From Candidatus Brocadiia bacterium (GTDB taxonomy: Bacteria; Planctomycetota; Brocadiia; CAIUPP01), in NCBI GenBank assembly GCA_050015075.1, contig JBEKCB010000005.1:128001-192000 (forward strand): DNA of 64,000 nt, in the 5' to 3' direction. Below the pieces are notes generated by a model. That model was not told the origin of the DNA and searched no databases. It worked only from the letters and a program-made list of their open reading frames with translations. This document shows, piece after piece, positions 1-9,539 of the stretch (its first letter is position 1; the number at the start of each line of letters is the position of its first letter). The position numbers were made by a program, and so were the translations under genes.

Positions 1-149
1 ACGGCCGCTCCGACCATCACGCCGCCGCGCGGAATGCCCAGCACCAAGAGATTGCCGCCCGCCTGCGCGCGCAGCGCCTGCGCCAGAAACCGCCCGGCCT
101 CCTGCCGGTCCAGAAACGGCGTGACCTTCCCGACGATTTTCAGTCCCAT
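1..149 (-). CDS. Phosphoribosyltransferase family protein (N-terminal part; runs off the window)
   Basis: Hand translation from ATG 149: MGLKIVGKVTPFLDRQEAGRFLAQAL...LLVLGIPRGGVMVG, matching the F-x-DR-x-EAG and VLGIPRGG PRTase motifs. Not in the ORF track. Confidence 0.8.
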   Translation of the reverse strand, partial: MGLKIVGKVTPFLDRQEAGRFLAQALRAQAGGNLLVLGIPRGGVMVGAA

Positions 150-181
150 GGTTCCCCCGCCGCGCGTTCAGCGCGATGACT

Positions 182-952
182 TCACCCCGACGTTTCGATC
201 TCCAGGCCGTCGCAGGCCAACCGGACATGCGGCGGCAGCCCGGCCTCGACCGCCGCATGGTCCAGGCGATGTGAAATATGCGTAAAGTACGCCCGCCGCG
301 GCTTCAGCCGCTCCACAAGCTCCAGCGCACCGGAGAGGTTGAAATGCGCCGGATGCGGCGCCACCCGCACCGCGCCGACGACGAGCATGTCGAGCCCGGC
401 CAGGAGCCGGAACGATTCGTCCGGCACCGCGCTGCAGTCGGTCAGATAAGCCAGGCCGCCGACGCGATATCCGAGGATCGCCCGCCGCCCGTGCAGGATC
501 GGCACGGCCGTCACTGGCACGCCGCAAATCTCCGCGCCGCCGTTCATCTCGAAGGACCGCAGCCGCGGCACCTCCCAGCCGGCCGGGCCGTCCGGCTCGC
601 GAAAGGCGTACTCGAAATTGCGCCGGATCACCTGCAAGGTCTCGGCGTTCGCATAGACCGGAACCGGCGCATTCTGCCGGCCGGAGAACGCGCGCACGTC
701 GTCCAACCCGAGCACGTGGTCCGCGTGCGCGTGCGTCAGCAGCACCGCGTCGAGCCGCTGAACCGCGTGCCGCAGCATCTGCTGGCGCAGGTCCGGCGAA
801 GCGTCAATGAGCAGCGCGGCCCCGCGTTCGCGGAGCAGCACCGAGGCGCGCGTGCGCCGGTTCCGCGGATCGTCCGACCGGCAGACGGCGCAGTCGCAAG
901 CGATCATCGGAACACCGTACGAAGTTCCCGTGCCGAGAAAGAGTACCTGCAT
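182..952 (-). CDS. MBL-fold metallo-hydrolase, PhnP-like
   Basis: LGTGTSxGVP..CxCxxC N-terminus, THAHADH motif, YLTD, and HISH. Confidence 0.9.
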   Translation of the reverse strand: MQVLFLGTGTSYGVPMIACDCAVCRSDDPRNRRTRASVLLRERGAALLIDASPDLRQQMLRHAVQRLDAVLLTHAHADHVLGLDDVRAFSGRQNAPVPVYANAETLQVIRRNFEYAFREPDGPAGWEVPRLRSFEMNGGAEICGVPVTAVPILHGRRAILGYRVGGLAYLTDCSAVPDESFRLLAGLDMLVVGAVRVAPHPAHFNLSGALELVERLKPRRAYFTHISHRLDHAAVEAGLPPHVRLACDGLEIETSG

Positions 953-1157
953 GGCTTGCCTTTTCGCTCCGGCCTCACGCTACTAAGCAGCGTACCTCAA
1001 CGCAGGCGGTCATTCAAGGCACCGAAGAGTATGGAAGGGCCGCCAAGGTCGCGGCGACTGACGTTGCCTTGCCGATTCGCCGTCCCTGGCCTGCCATTGA
1101 ATTCAGCCGCAGGTTTGGGGAGTCAAGTTCACTTGCCGCATACTGGGACCTAATACG

Positions 1158-1191
1158 TTGACAAAACGGGAATATATCAGTACATTAATGT
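1158..1191 (+). promoter_or_regulatory. Sigma70-type promoter of the TA operon with an overlapping palindrome
   Basis: TTGACA (1158-1163)-N17-TACATT (1181-1186). Perfect palindrome ACATTAATGT at 1182-1191. Confidence 0.7.
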
Positions 1192-1225
1192 TGCACAGCT
1201 ATCTTATGAGAAGGAGCGCAGCGCC

Positions 1226-1519
1226 ATGAAGTTTGTGACTATCCGGGATTTCAGGAACAAGACGGCGGCCATCCGGAAGGCGCTGAGCGCAGAGCACGAG
1301 ATCGTCCTGACGGCCAACGGGCGGCCCATCGCCGTCCTCGCCGATGTTGACGAGGACACGTTCGAGGAAAAGCTCGCGGCGCTGCGCAGGGCGCGAGCCT
1401 ATTCGTTGTTGGACCGCGCTCGCGCTCGCGCCCGGGAGACGGGCGCCGACAAGTTGAGCATGGAAGAAATTGACGCAGAGATCGCGAAGACTCGCCGCGA
1501 GAGGCGCTCCGGCCGATGA
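1226..1519 (+). CDS. Type II antitoxin, Phd/YefM family
   Basis: MKFVTIRDFR...EIVLTANGRPIAVL fold signature, AAGGAG RBS, and ATGA overlap with the PIN gene. Confidence 0.85.
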   Translation: MKFVTIRDFRNKTAAIRKALSAEHEIVLTANGRPIAVLADVDEDTFEEKLAALRRARAYSLLDRARARARETGADKLSMEEIDAEIAKTRRERRSGR

Positions 1520-1920
1520 AGGTTGTGCTCGACACGAACGTCGTCGTCTCCGGCCTGATCAAAGAGAAAGGGACCTGCGCGCAAATTCTCCGCATGGTAT
1601 TCGGCGGTCATCTTGATTTTTGCGTTGACGACCGAATCCTGCAAGAATACGAAGCGGTGCTGCACAGGCCGTTTTTTCGCATGCTTCCCGAGGACGTGAG
1701 CAACATCCTCGCCCTGATCCGCTTCAAGGCGGAACGCATAATCCCAGCGTCGTTGCGTGTTGAGATCCCCGACCGATCCGACCTTCCGTTTCTCGAAGCG
1801 GCGGCTGCGGCGAACGCCATCCTTGTCACCGGCAATGCCCGGCACTTCCCGCGTCATGAGCGCGCGGGAGTGATCGTCATGACTCCGAGGGAGTTTCTCG
1901 ACTTCCTGCGCGGCTCGTAG
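1516..1920 (+). CDS. PIN-domain (VapC-like) toxin
   Basis: VVLDTNVVVS, EY, D..D..FLE, LVTGN.RHF acidic PIN motifs. Confidence 0.88.
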   Translation: MKVVLDTNVVVSGLIKEKGTCAQILRMVFGGHLDFCVDDRILQEYEAVLHRPFFRMLPEDVSNILALIRFKAERIIPASLRVEIPDRSDLPFLEAAAAANAILVTGNARHFPRHERAGVIVMTPREFLDFLRGS

Positions 1921-1926
1921 TGTAAA

Positions 1927-1956
1927 TTGACATCATTCGCCAACCGCTGCTAGAAT
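1927..1956 (+). promoter_or_regulatory. Sigma70-type promoter
   Basis: TTGACA (1927-1932)-N18-TAGAAT (1951-1956) with an extended TGn, 13 nt before ATG 1970. Confidence 0.6.
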
Positions 1957-1969
1957 CCGCCGGAATCCA

Positions 1970-2617
1970 ATGATTGACGCCACGCACTGGGAAAAACTTC
2001 GCGCGATGGACCCGCGGGACGTGACGGCGCGTTCGCTCGCGGATTATGACGCGCCGTCGGCGCAGTATCGCTTGCGGATTCTGACGGACGAGGTCCGGAT
2101 TTCACCCGAGAAGCGCACGGTCGCCTGGCCGCCGAGCGCCGGAGCGGGCGCAGCGACCGCACTCAGGACCGCTAAGCCGCCCGGGTTCAACTACTGGCTC
2201 GTGTCGGTAGTGTATCTGCTTTCGGCCAAGGCGCTGCCGCCGAAGGGCGAGTGGGTGTCGGCTACTTCGCTGCCGTACGGCGAGTTCTTCTTCCGCGGGC
2301 CGCACGCGCTGGCGACCGAGGCGGTCGCGGCGGCCTTCGCGGATCGGCCGGAGGCGTTCGAGCGGGCCGCCGAAGCGCTCGGCGGAAAGCGCTGGCCCGC
2401 GGCGCCTTGTCCTGAGCATAGTCGAAGGGGCGGCGCCTTCGTCCTGCCGGCGCTGCCGCGCGTGCCGATGCTGGCGCAGCTCTGGGAGCGCGACGAGGAG
2501 TTCCCCGCGCGCGCGAGTTTCCTGTTCGATTCCACCGCCGGCGACCACCTGATGGTGGACGCAATCTGGTCGCTCTCGGCCATCGTGGCCAAACGTCTCG
2601 TCGAGTCCGCAGGCTGA
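1970..2617 (+). CDS. DUF3786-family protein
   Basis: YLL...GEW....LPYGEFFFRGPH and ALPRVP....W..DEEFPA....LFD pattern. Confidence 0.75.
   Translation: MIDATHWEKLRAMDPRDVTARSLADYDAPSAQYRLRILTDEVRISPEKRTVAWPPSAGAGAATALRTAKPPGFNYWLVSVVYLLSAKALPPKGEWVSATSLPYGEFFFRGPHALATEAVAAAFADRPEAFERAAEALGGKRWPAAPCPEHSRRGGAFVLPALPRVPMLAQLWERDEEFPARASFLFDSTAGDHLMVDAIWSLSAIVAKRLVESAG
2405..2429. repeat. REP-like short element inserted in frame in the DUF3786 gene
   Basis: CCTTGTCCTGAGCATAGTCGAAGGG (reads PCPEHSRR). A degenerate inverted copy CGACCGCACTCAGGAC lies at 2154-2169. Confidence 0.55.
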
Positions 2618-2628
2618 AGGAGTGGGTC

Positions 2629-3441
2629 TTGCAGAAATTTCTTCTCGGCTACAACGTCGAGTCGTCCGAGTGGAGCCGGCCCGGCGCGCTGGTCCGGTTC
2701 CTGGGAGCCGCAGCTCGGCTGCACCGGGAGCTGGCGCTGCCGTGCACCTTCTTTGTGCGAGGCCAGTCGCTCGAGGAGCATCCGGACGAATTCCGCCGGC
2801 TGCGCGACGAGTGCGGCGAGCTGATTGACCTCCAGCAATTCACCTATTCTGCGCTGCCGCTGAAGACGGTCTGCCAGGAGAACCATCGCGGGCGGGCCGT
2901 TTTCCAGGGCGGCACGCCGCGCCAATGCCGCGACGACATCGCGCGCGCGTCGGAGGCCATGGAGCGAGTCCTCGGGCGCCGCCCGACCGGGCTCGGCGGC
3001 CCGCTCGGATATTATCGCGGTCTGGCGGACCGGCCCGACCTGCTGGAGATCGTCAGCGGCCTGGGCATCCGGTTCACGCGCACCTTCACCCGGAACTCGC
3101 GCGACTGGAGCCCGCTGGCCTTCGAGACGCAGCCGTTCCGCTATTCCGCCGAGGGCTTCCCGGACGTGCTCGAAATCCCCGGCCAGGGCTGGCCGGACTG
3201 GGCGCTGAAGGAGGCGCTTGGCCCGGCGAACTCGGAGCTCTATGTCCGCCAGATGTGCAAGGACCTGGACTACGTCGCCGCCAAGCAACTCACCTGGAGC
3301 TGCGTCCAGCACGACTGGTCGGCCATCGAGGGCGACCCGGAGATGCGCTCCACGCGCGCCATTCTCCAACACGCAGGCAAGCTGGGCTTCCAGGCGCAGA
3401 CGCACCGGGCGTATTTCGCGGAGTGCGGATTACAAACGTAG
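2629..3441 (+). CDS. Polysaccharide deacetylase (CE4/NodB)-like protein with degenerate active site
   Basis: TTG start after AAGGAG. PCTFFVRG, LEIP and QHDWS motifs present; motif 1 reads YNVE and the HxxxH position reads FTYSA. Confidence 0.65.
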   Translation: MQKFLLGYNVESSEWSRPGALVRFLGAAARLHRELALPCTFFVRGQSLEEHPDEFRRLRDECGELIDLQQFTYSALPLKTVCQENHRGRAVFQGGTPRQCRDDIARASEAMERVLGRRPTGLGGPLGYYRGLADRPDLLEIVSGLGIRFTRTFTRNSRDWSPLAFETQPFRYSAEGFPDVLEIPGQGWPDWALKEALGPANSELYVRQMCKDLDYVAAKQLTWSCVQHDWSAIEGDPEMRSTRAILQHAGKLGFQAQTHRAYFAECGLQT

Positions 3442-3482
3442 CGCCGTGGACGTCAGCTTTCACGGTATAATGCGGCATTGGC

Positions 3483-3818
3483 ATGGTTCAGAGCTCAGAG
3501 TTGAAAGCAGTCAGAGCGCGCCTGCAAGAGCAGGCAAAGCACGACTCAGTGCGAATTTCGATCCACGCCCATCAAGAGATGGTCGAGGAGGACATATCTT
3601 ATGATCAAGTGCGCGAAGTCCTTTCTCTTCCACAAATCTTGGAGAACTACGCGGAACACAAGCGAGGTTCATGCTGCCTCATTTGCGGAAGGACAAGCAG
3701 TGGACGATTCATACACATTGTCTGCACCACATCGCTGGAAGTTGCGATAATCATCACCGTTTACGAGCCCAAGCCGCCCAAATGGGTGACGCCTTTTGAA
3801 AGAGGAGAACGAACATGA
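3483..3818 (+). CDS. DUF4258-family protein (putative RelE-like toxin)
   Basis: SIHAHQEM, ILENY, CLICG, IHIVC, IITVYEP...W. Confidence 0.8.
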   Translation: MVQSSELKAVRARLQEQAKHDSVRISIHAHQEMVEEDISYDQVREVLSLPQILENYAEHKRGSCCLICGRTSSGRFIHIVCTTSLEVAIIITVYEPKPPKWVTPFERGERT

Positions 3819-4039
3819 AGTGCTCCATTCATGGATGTCCCGGCACGTACGAAGATAAGCTCATTGTCCACACCGTCAGGCGGGGAACCGAGGTCCTAGT
3901 TTTCGAGAATGTCCCGGCTGAGGTATGTAGCGTCTGCTCCGACACGCTTCTCGTGCCCGAGACGGTTCGCCATCTTGAAACGTTTATGCGCCATAAGCGG
4001 AAACCGGGACGATATGCTCCAGTGTACGAGTATGCGTAG
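3815..4039 (+). CDS. YgiT/MqsA-type zinc-finger protein (putative antitoxin)
   Basis: CxxxxC ... ENVPAEVCxxC, with ATGA overlap with DUF4258. Confidence 0.8.
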   Translation: MKCSIHGCPGTYEDKLIVHTVRRGTEVLVFENVPAEVCSVCSDTLLVPETVRHLETFMRHKRKPGRYAPVYEYA

Positions 4040-4236
4040 TTGCTCTCCGAAGGCAGCCGGAAGAATTCGACAGCGGCAGTTCCCTGCTCGCTCAGGCCGC
4101 GAGAACAGAAACAACAGTGCTGCCGGAATCCTCTGAACCTGTCTTTAAGATAAGGCCTAAATCGATAGAAAATATTTGCGCAACGATTATTGGAGCTTGC
4201 TGAGGCTGGCATTATCGCTCATGAGTGGCACCGGAC

Positions 4237-5058
4237 ATGGCAAAGCGCAGGAAAAAATATAGCGACATCGTGAAAAAGCACGTCGCGAACCCGAAGCACA
4301 TCCGGGGCATCTTCAACTACTGCGACCGGTGGTGCGAGCGCTGCCCCATGACCTCGCGGTGCAGTGTGTTTGCCATCACCCAGGAGCACTGCCCGGACGG
4401 CGTGGCGCGCGACGCAGACAACGCGCGTTTCTGGGAGAGGCTGAGCGAGGTGTTTCAGGGCACGCTCGAGATGGTCCGCGAGGACGCTCAACGGCAGGGC
4501 ATCAGCTTCGACTCGAAAGAGCTTGCGACGTTCGCCGCAAAGCACCGGCGCAGGCAAAGCGCGCTGAAGAAACACGAATGCCCGCGCGCCGCCAAGCGGT
4601 ACGCGAAGATGGTGGACGCGTGGTTCAAATCGGCGAAGCCGCTGTTCACGGAGAGAAAAGTCGCGCTCGAATCGCAAGCCCGTATGCAGTTGCCCGGCGC
4701 CGATCCCGAGGCGGACGCGGCGCGCCTCAAGGACGTGGTCGAAGTGGTCCAGTTTTACCAGCACCAGATCTGGGTGAAGATGATGCGGGCGACGGGCGGC
4801 CTCCTCGAGGAGAAGTCGGAGCCGCCCGACGAGTATCCGAAGGACTCGGATGGCTCGGCCAAGGTCGCGCTGATCGGAATTGACCGCTCGATTTCAGCCT
4901 GGTCGGAGATGCGGCTCCAGTTCCCGGATCAGGATGACAGTGTTCTCGATATCCTCGTCCATCTCGACCGCCTGCGACGGAATGTGGAGAAGACTTTCCC
5001 CGACGCGCGCTCCTTCGTCCGGACCGGGTTTGACGCCGAGCCGACGCAGCGCACGTGA
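4237..5058 (+). CDS. Conserved hypothetical protein with N-terminal Cys cluster
   Basis: GIFNYCDRWCERCPMTSRC, DSDGSAKVALIGIDRS and FP.AR.FVR.GFD blocks; coding-like codon bias. Confidence 0.7.
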   Translation: MAKRRKKYSDIVKKHVANPKHIRGIFNYCDRWCERCPMTSRCSVFAITQEHCPDGVARDADNARFWERLSEVFQGTLEMVREDAQRQGISFDSKELATFAAKHRRRQSALKKHECPRAAKRYAKMVDAWFKSAKPLFTERKVALESQARMQLPGADPEADAARLKDVVEVVQFYQHQIWVKMMRATGGLLEEKSEPPDEYPKDSDGSAKVALIGIDRSISAWSEMRLQFPDQDDSVLDILVHLDRLRRNVEKTFPDARSFVRTGFDAEPTQRT

Positions 5059-5083
5059 CTTGCGGGCGACGCCGGCAGCCGAC

Positions 5084-5833
5084 CTACCCGCCCACCTGCT
5101 TCATGAACTCGTCGTGGATCAGCGCGTTGTTGCAGACGAGGTCTATGGAGCGGTCCGGAAGCGTGCGCGTGAAGACTTTGCCGCCGGCCTCGCGGATGAG
5201 GACGACACCCGCGGCGATGTCCCACTGGTTGATGCCGAACTCGAAAAACCCGTCCAGCCGGCCGCAGGCGACGTAGGCCAGGTGCAGGACGGCCGATCCC
5301 AGGCCGCGCACCTTGCTCGCGGCGAGCGGCAGTTGCGCTGCGGCCGCCAGTCCTCTGCGGAGCTGCTCCTCGCGCGAGGAAAAGCCGAACGCGATTATGG
5401 CGGCGCTCAGCGGCGCCCGTTCGCTGACGTGGATTTTCTTCCCGTTCAGGAACGCACCCTGCCCTGCTTCGGCATGGTAAAGCTCGCCGTGGATCGGGTC
5501 GAAAATCACCCCGACGATTTCCCGTCCCTGATGAAGCAGCGCCACGCTCGTGCCCCAGAGCGGCATGCGGCGGGAGTAGTTGACGGTGCCGTCGAGCGGA
5601 TCAATGACCCAGAGATAATCCGACTTCGGCCCGACGGCGCCGCATTCCTCGGAGAGGATGGCGTGTCCGGGGAACTTCTCGCGCACGATCCGCAGGATGA
5701 CCTCCTCGGCCTTCTTGTCCATGGCGAGTTTCACGTCGCGCTGCGCGAGGCGCTCGACTGTGATTTCGCCGCGGCTCCCTTCGAGCAGCACGCGGCCCGC
5801 CTCGCGAGCCGCCCGGATTGCTGTCTCCAGCAT
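5084..5833 (-). CDS. suhB: Inositol monophosphatase family protein
   Basis: SEE, WVIDPLDGTVNY and WDIAAG motifs; GGAGG RBS before ATG 5833. Confidence 0.9.
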   Translation of the reverse strand: MLETAIRAAREAGRVLLEGSRGEITVERLAQRDVKLAMDKKAEEVILRIVREKFPGHAILSEECGAVGPKSDYLWVIDPLDGTVNYSRRMPLWGTSVALLHQGREIVGVIFDPIHGELYHAEAGQGAFLNGKKIHVSERAPLSAAIIAFGFSSREEQLRRGLAAAAQLPLAASKVRGLGSAVLHLAYVACGRLDGFFEFGINQWDIAAGVVLIREAGGKVFTRTLPDRSIDLVCNNALIHDEFMKQVGG

Positions 5834-5987
5834 GCGTGTCCTCCATGTCCTGAACTCGACGCGAGAGCGGTTATTGTAGCAAGCTCGGCGCGCCCGGCCA
5901 ACCGAAGGAGTTCCTTGAAACCCGCCCGGCCGCCGGTTAGACTCCATCCCGGTCCGATTCGCCCCGCCTTCATTGAAAGGGAACGGG

Positions 5988-6776
5988 ATGGCTTTGATCC
6001 ACTGCAATTTCTTCTCGGATGTGCTGCGCAGCTCGACCTCGATGGACGTGATCCTGCCGCAGCCGCCCGCGATCCAGGCCGCCGCCGGGCGCGCTCGGCG
6101 AAAGCCGATCCCGACGCTCTGGCTGCTCCACGGCCTCTCGGACGACCACACCATCTGGCAGCGGCGCACCTCCATCGAACGGTACGTAGCGCCGCTGAAC
6201 CTGGCGGTGATCATGCCGAACGGCTTCCGCGGGTTCTACACCGACATGGCGCACGGTTACGCTTACTGGACGCACCTGAGCGAGGAGGTCCCGCGCCTGG
6301 CGCGCGCGTTCTTCCCGCTGTCGGGGGCGCGCGAGGAGAATTTCGTCGCGGGGCTTTCGATGGGCGGCTACGGCGCGTTCAAGCTGGCGCTGAAGCGGCC
6401 GGAGATGTTCGCCGCCGCCGCAAGCCTCTCGGGCGCGCTGGATATCGCCGGGAGCGCGGAGAACGCGAAGAACGACGTGTTCCGGGAGCAGGAACTCACG
6501 GATATCTTCGGGCCGCTTCGGGCGATTGCCGGAAGCGACAACGACCTGTTCGCGCTCGCAAAGAAGTTGGCGAAGTCGAAAGGCCCGAAGCCGGCGCTCT
6601 ACCAGTGCTGCGGCACCGAGGACGCCCTCTACCCGCGCAACCTGCGGTTCCGAGAGCACGCCCGGTCGCTCGGCCTCGACCTCACTTACGAAGAGGGCCC
6701 CGGCGCGCATGATTGGGGCTTCTGGGACCTGTGGATTCAGCGGGTGCTCAACTGGCTGCCGCTGCGCAGGGCGTGA
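5988..6776 (+). CDS. Alpha/beta-hydrolase esterase (tributyrin/S-formylglutathione esterase family)
   Basis: [22 protein letters not shown] nucleophile elbow, CGTED, and GAHDW. Confidence 0.9.
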   Translation: MALIHCNFFSDVLRSSTSMDVILPQPPAIQAAAGRARRKPIPTLWLLHGLSDDHTIWQRRTSIERYVAPLNLAVIMPNGFRGFYTDMAHGYAYWTHLSEEVPRLARAFFPLSGAREENFVAGLSMGGYGAFKLALKRPEMFAAAASLSGALDIAGSAENAKNDVFREQELTDIFGPLRAIAGSDNDLFALAKKLAKSKGPKPALYQCCGTEDALYPRNLRFREHARSLGLDLTYEEGPGAHDWGFWDLWIQRVLNWLPLRRA

Positions 6777-6794
6777 GCGTTACGGGCTTCCGTA

Positions 6795-6895
6795 ACCACC
6801 AAGACACCAAGGCACAAAGAACGGCTGAGAGAAAATTATTTCCCTTGTGGACTCATATTGTTTCGTCGTTCTTTGTGCCTTGGTGCCTTGGTGGT
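6795..6895. repeat. Inverted repeat of CACCAAG(G/A)-type units; probable bidirectional terminator or REP-like element
   Basis: 29-bp arms at 6795-6823 and 6867-6895 with 1 mismatch, between the convergent esterase and uvrB genes. Confidence 0.8.
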
Positions 6896-6915
6896 GAGTA
6901 TTCGGCGCCGAAAGA

Positions 6916-8946
6916 TCACTGCCGTCGCCGCCATTTCCGGCTGTGCTGGACGCGGCGGGGCTGCCACTCGGCCAGGGGCTTGAGGCCGGCCTTTTCCTGG
7001 AGCAGGACGATCCGGTCGCGAAGCTTCGCGGCGGTCTCGAAATCCAGGTCGTCGGCGGCCTGGTGCATTTCCTCCTCGAGGTCCTTGATCGTCTCGTGCG
7101 CGCCGTACTCCGATTCGCCCTCGCGGACCGCCAGGCGCGCCACGTCGGACTCGGTGGCCTCGCGCTCGATGCCGTCGCGGATGGCCTTGCGCACCGTCTC
7201 GGGGGTGATGTGGTGCTCCTCGTTGTACTTCGATTGCAGCACGCGGCGGCGCTGAGTCTCGTCAATCGCCTTGCGCATAGAGTCGGTCATGTGATCGGCG
7301 TAGAGGATGACCTCCGCGTTCACGTTGCGCGCGGTCCGGCCGATGGTCTGGATCAGGGAAGTCGCCGAGCGCAGGAATCCCTCCTTGTCCGCGTCGAGGA
7401 TGCCGACGAGCGAGACTTCCGGCAGGTCGAGCCCCTCGCGCAGGAGGTTCACGCCGACGACGACGTCGAACGTGCCGCGGCGGAGGCTGTTGAGCACCTC
7501 GACGCGGTCGAGCGTCTCGATATCGCTGTGCAGGTAAGTCACCTGGATGCCCGCCTCGCGCAGGAAACCGCTGAGCTGCTCGGCCATGCGCTTGGTCAGG
7601 GTGGTGACCAGCACGCGCTCCTTCCGCTCGACGCGCTTCCGGATTTCGGCCATGAGGTCGGGCACCTGGCTGCCCGCCGGCCGGACGTGGATGATCGGGT
7701 CCACCAGGCCGGTCGGGCGGATGACCTGCTCGATGATTTCGCCCTTGCATTTCTGGAGCTCGTAATCGGCCGGCGTGGCGGAGACGAAGAGGACCTGGTT
7801 GATGCTCTGCTCCCATTCCTCGAATTTCATCGGGCGGTTGTCGAGTGCGGAGGGCAGCCGGAAGCCGTGCTCGATCAGCGTGGTCTTGCGCGTGAGGTCG
7901 TTGTTGTACATGCCGTGGAGCTGCGGGATCGTGGCGTGCGATTCGTCCACGATCATGAAGAAGTCCTTCGGGAAATAGTCAATCAGCGTCCAGGGCCGCG
8001 AGCCGGGCGGGCGGGCGGAGAGCGGGCGCGAGTAGTTCTCGATGCCGGGGCAATAGCCCACCTCGCGAAGCATCTCCAGGTCGTAGCGCGTGCGCGCCTC
8101 GAGGCGCTGCATCTCCAGCAGCTTGCCCTGGGCCTTCAGCTCGATCAGCCGCTCGTCGAGCTCCTGCTCGATGCGCGCGACGCCGTCGCTGATGCGGCTC
8201 TCCGGCATGACGAAGTGCCGCGCCGGGAAGACCATGATTTCCTCCCGGCGTTCGATGACCTCTCCGGTCAGCGGATGGAGGTAGGCGAGCGCCTCGACCT
8301 CGTCGCCGAACAGCTCGATGCGATACACGCGGTCCTCGTAGGTCGGATAGAGCTCGATCACGTCGCCGCGCACGCGGAAATTCCCGCGGCCGAAGACGTG
8401 GTCGTTCCGCTCGTACTGGACGTCGACGAGCCGCTTGAGGATGTCGTCGCGCGCGATCCGCTGGCCGATGCGCAGTTGCAGGTACATCTGCTGATAGTCC
8501 TCGGGCGAGCCGAGGCCGTAGATGCACGAGACGCTCGCGACGATGATCACGTCGCGGCGCGTCATCAGCAGGCTCGTCGCGTTCAGCCGCAACCGGTCAA
8601 TGTCCTCGTTGATCGAGGAGTCCTTCTCGATGTAGATGTCGCGCTGCGGGATGTACGCCTCGGGCTGGTAGTAATCGTAATAGCTGACGAAATAGCCGAC
8701 GCCGTTCCCGGCGAAGAATTCCCGGAACTCGCTGTAGAGCTGCGCGGCGAGGGTCTTGTTGTGCGAGATCACCAGCGTCGGCCGGTCCAGCGCCTGGATC
8801 AGGTGGGCCATGGTGAACGTCTTGCCCGAGCCGGTCACGCCGAGGAGCGTGGCGTAGCGCGAGCCGCCCTTGTAAGTCTTGATCAGCGCTTCGATCGCCT
8901 GGGGCTGATCGCCACCGGGCTTGAACTCGGAGGTTAGCTTAAACAT
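6916..8946 (-). CDS. uvrB: Excinuclease ABC subunit B
   Basis: [39 protein letters not shown], and a C-terminal UVR domain. Confidence 0.98.
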   Translation of the reverse strand: MFKLTSEFKPGGDQPQAIEALIKTYKGGSRYATLLGVTGSGKTFTMAHLIQALDRPTLVISHNKTLAAQLYSEFREFFAGNGVGYFVSYYDYYQPEAYIPQRDIYIEKDSSINEDIDRLRLNATSLLMTRRDVIIVASVSCIYGLGSPEDYQQMYLQLRIGQRIARDDILKRLVDVQYERNDHVFGRGNFRVRGDVIELYPTYEDRVYRIELFGDEVEALAYLHPLTGEVIERREEIMVFPARHFVMPESRISDGVARIEQELDERLIELKAQGKLLEMQRLEARTRYDLEMLREVGYCPGIENYSRPLSARPPGSRPWTLIDYFPKDFFMIVDESHATIPQLHGMYNNDLTRKTTLIEHGFRLPSALDNRPMKFEEWEQSINQVLFVSATPADYELQKCKGEIIEQVIRPTGLVDPIIHVRPAGSQVPDLMAEIRKRVERKERVLVTTLTKRMAEQLSGFLREAGIQVTYLHSDIETLDRVEVLNSLRRGTFDVVVGVNLLREGLDLPEVSLVGILDADKEGFLRSATSLIQTIGRTARNVNAEVILYADHMTDSMRKAIDETQRRRVLQSKYNEEHHITPETVRKAIRDGIEREATESDVARLAVREGESEYGAHETIKDLEEEMHQAADDLDFETAAKLRDRIVLLQEKAGLKPLAEWQPRRVQHSRKWRRRQ

Positions 8947-8967
8947 GGCGCCTCAACGACTGGTTTT

Positions 8968-9043
8968 GCCGAGAAGAGGCGCAAGAGACGCAAGACGGAC
9001 GATAAATGCCGGATCTCTTGCGCTTCTTGCGCCTCTTTGCGGC
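8968..9043. repeat. Inverted repeat of GCGCAAGA-type units
   Basis: AAGAGGCGCAAGAGACGCAAGA ... TCTTGCGCTTCTTGCGCCTCTT, between comEA and uvrB. Confidence 0.7.
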
Positions 9044-9061
9044 CAATTCAAAAATGAATCC

Positions 9062-9523
9062 TTACTCCGATTCCGGATCGGCGTAGTCCACGTCGGACGG
9101 CGGCTCCGGAGCCGGCTCGCCTAGCGTCACCAGGCTCCGGATGGCGGCCAAGTCCTTCGCGGTGATGCCGGCGGCGTTGCGCAGCTCTTCAAGCGCGTGA
9201 AAGGGCCCGTGTTCCTGCCTCCACTTGATGATGCGCTCCGCCTTCGTCGGCCCGACGCCGGGCAGGAGCATCAGCTCGGGCAGTTCGGCGCGGTTGATGT
9301 CAACCAGGTAGGCCGCACCCTGGCCTTGGCCGGGGACCCAGTGAAGATCGTGGCCCGCCTGGCGCTGGCGGAGGATGATGACGCCGACCCACACCAGGAA
9401 AACGAACGCCAGCGTCAGCGTCGCGATCGCCTCCGCGCGCGTCACCCACGGCCGAGCGGCGGGCTTGCCCGCCGGCTGTGTGGAGGGCTCGCCCGACGCT
9501 TGGCTGTCCGGATCTTCCGCCAC
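9062..9523 (-). CDS. ComEA-like helix-hairpin-helix membrane protein
   Basis: One TM helix, then VDINRA...LMLLPGVGPTKAERII..R...GPF. Confidence 0.85.
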   Translation of the reverse strand: MAEDPDSQASGEPSTQPAGKPAARPWVTRAEAIATLTLAFVFLVWVGVIILRQRQAGHDLHWVPGQGQGAAYLVDINRAELPELMLLPGVGPTKAERIIKWRQEHGPFHALEELRNAAGITAKDLAAIRSLVTLGEPAPEPPSDVDYADPESE

Positions 9524-9539
9524 CGAAATTCTCCAGACT

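Noticed and set aside
8947-9061. SOS box upstream of uvrB matching the dinB motif
   Set aside because: No GTTA-N7-GTTA on either strand; uvrB appears to be operon-internal.
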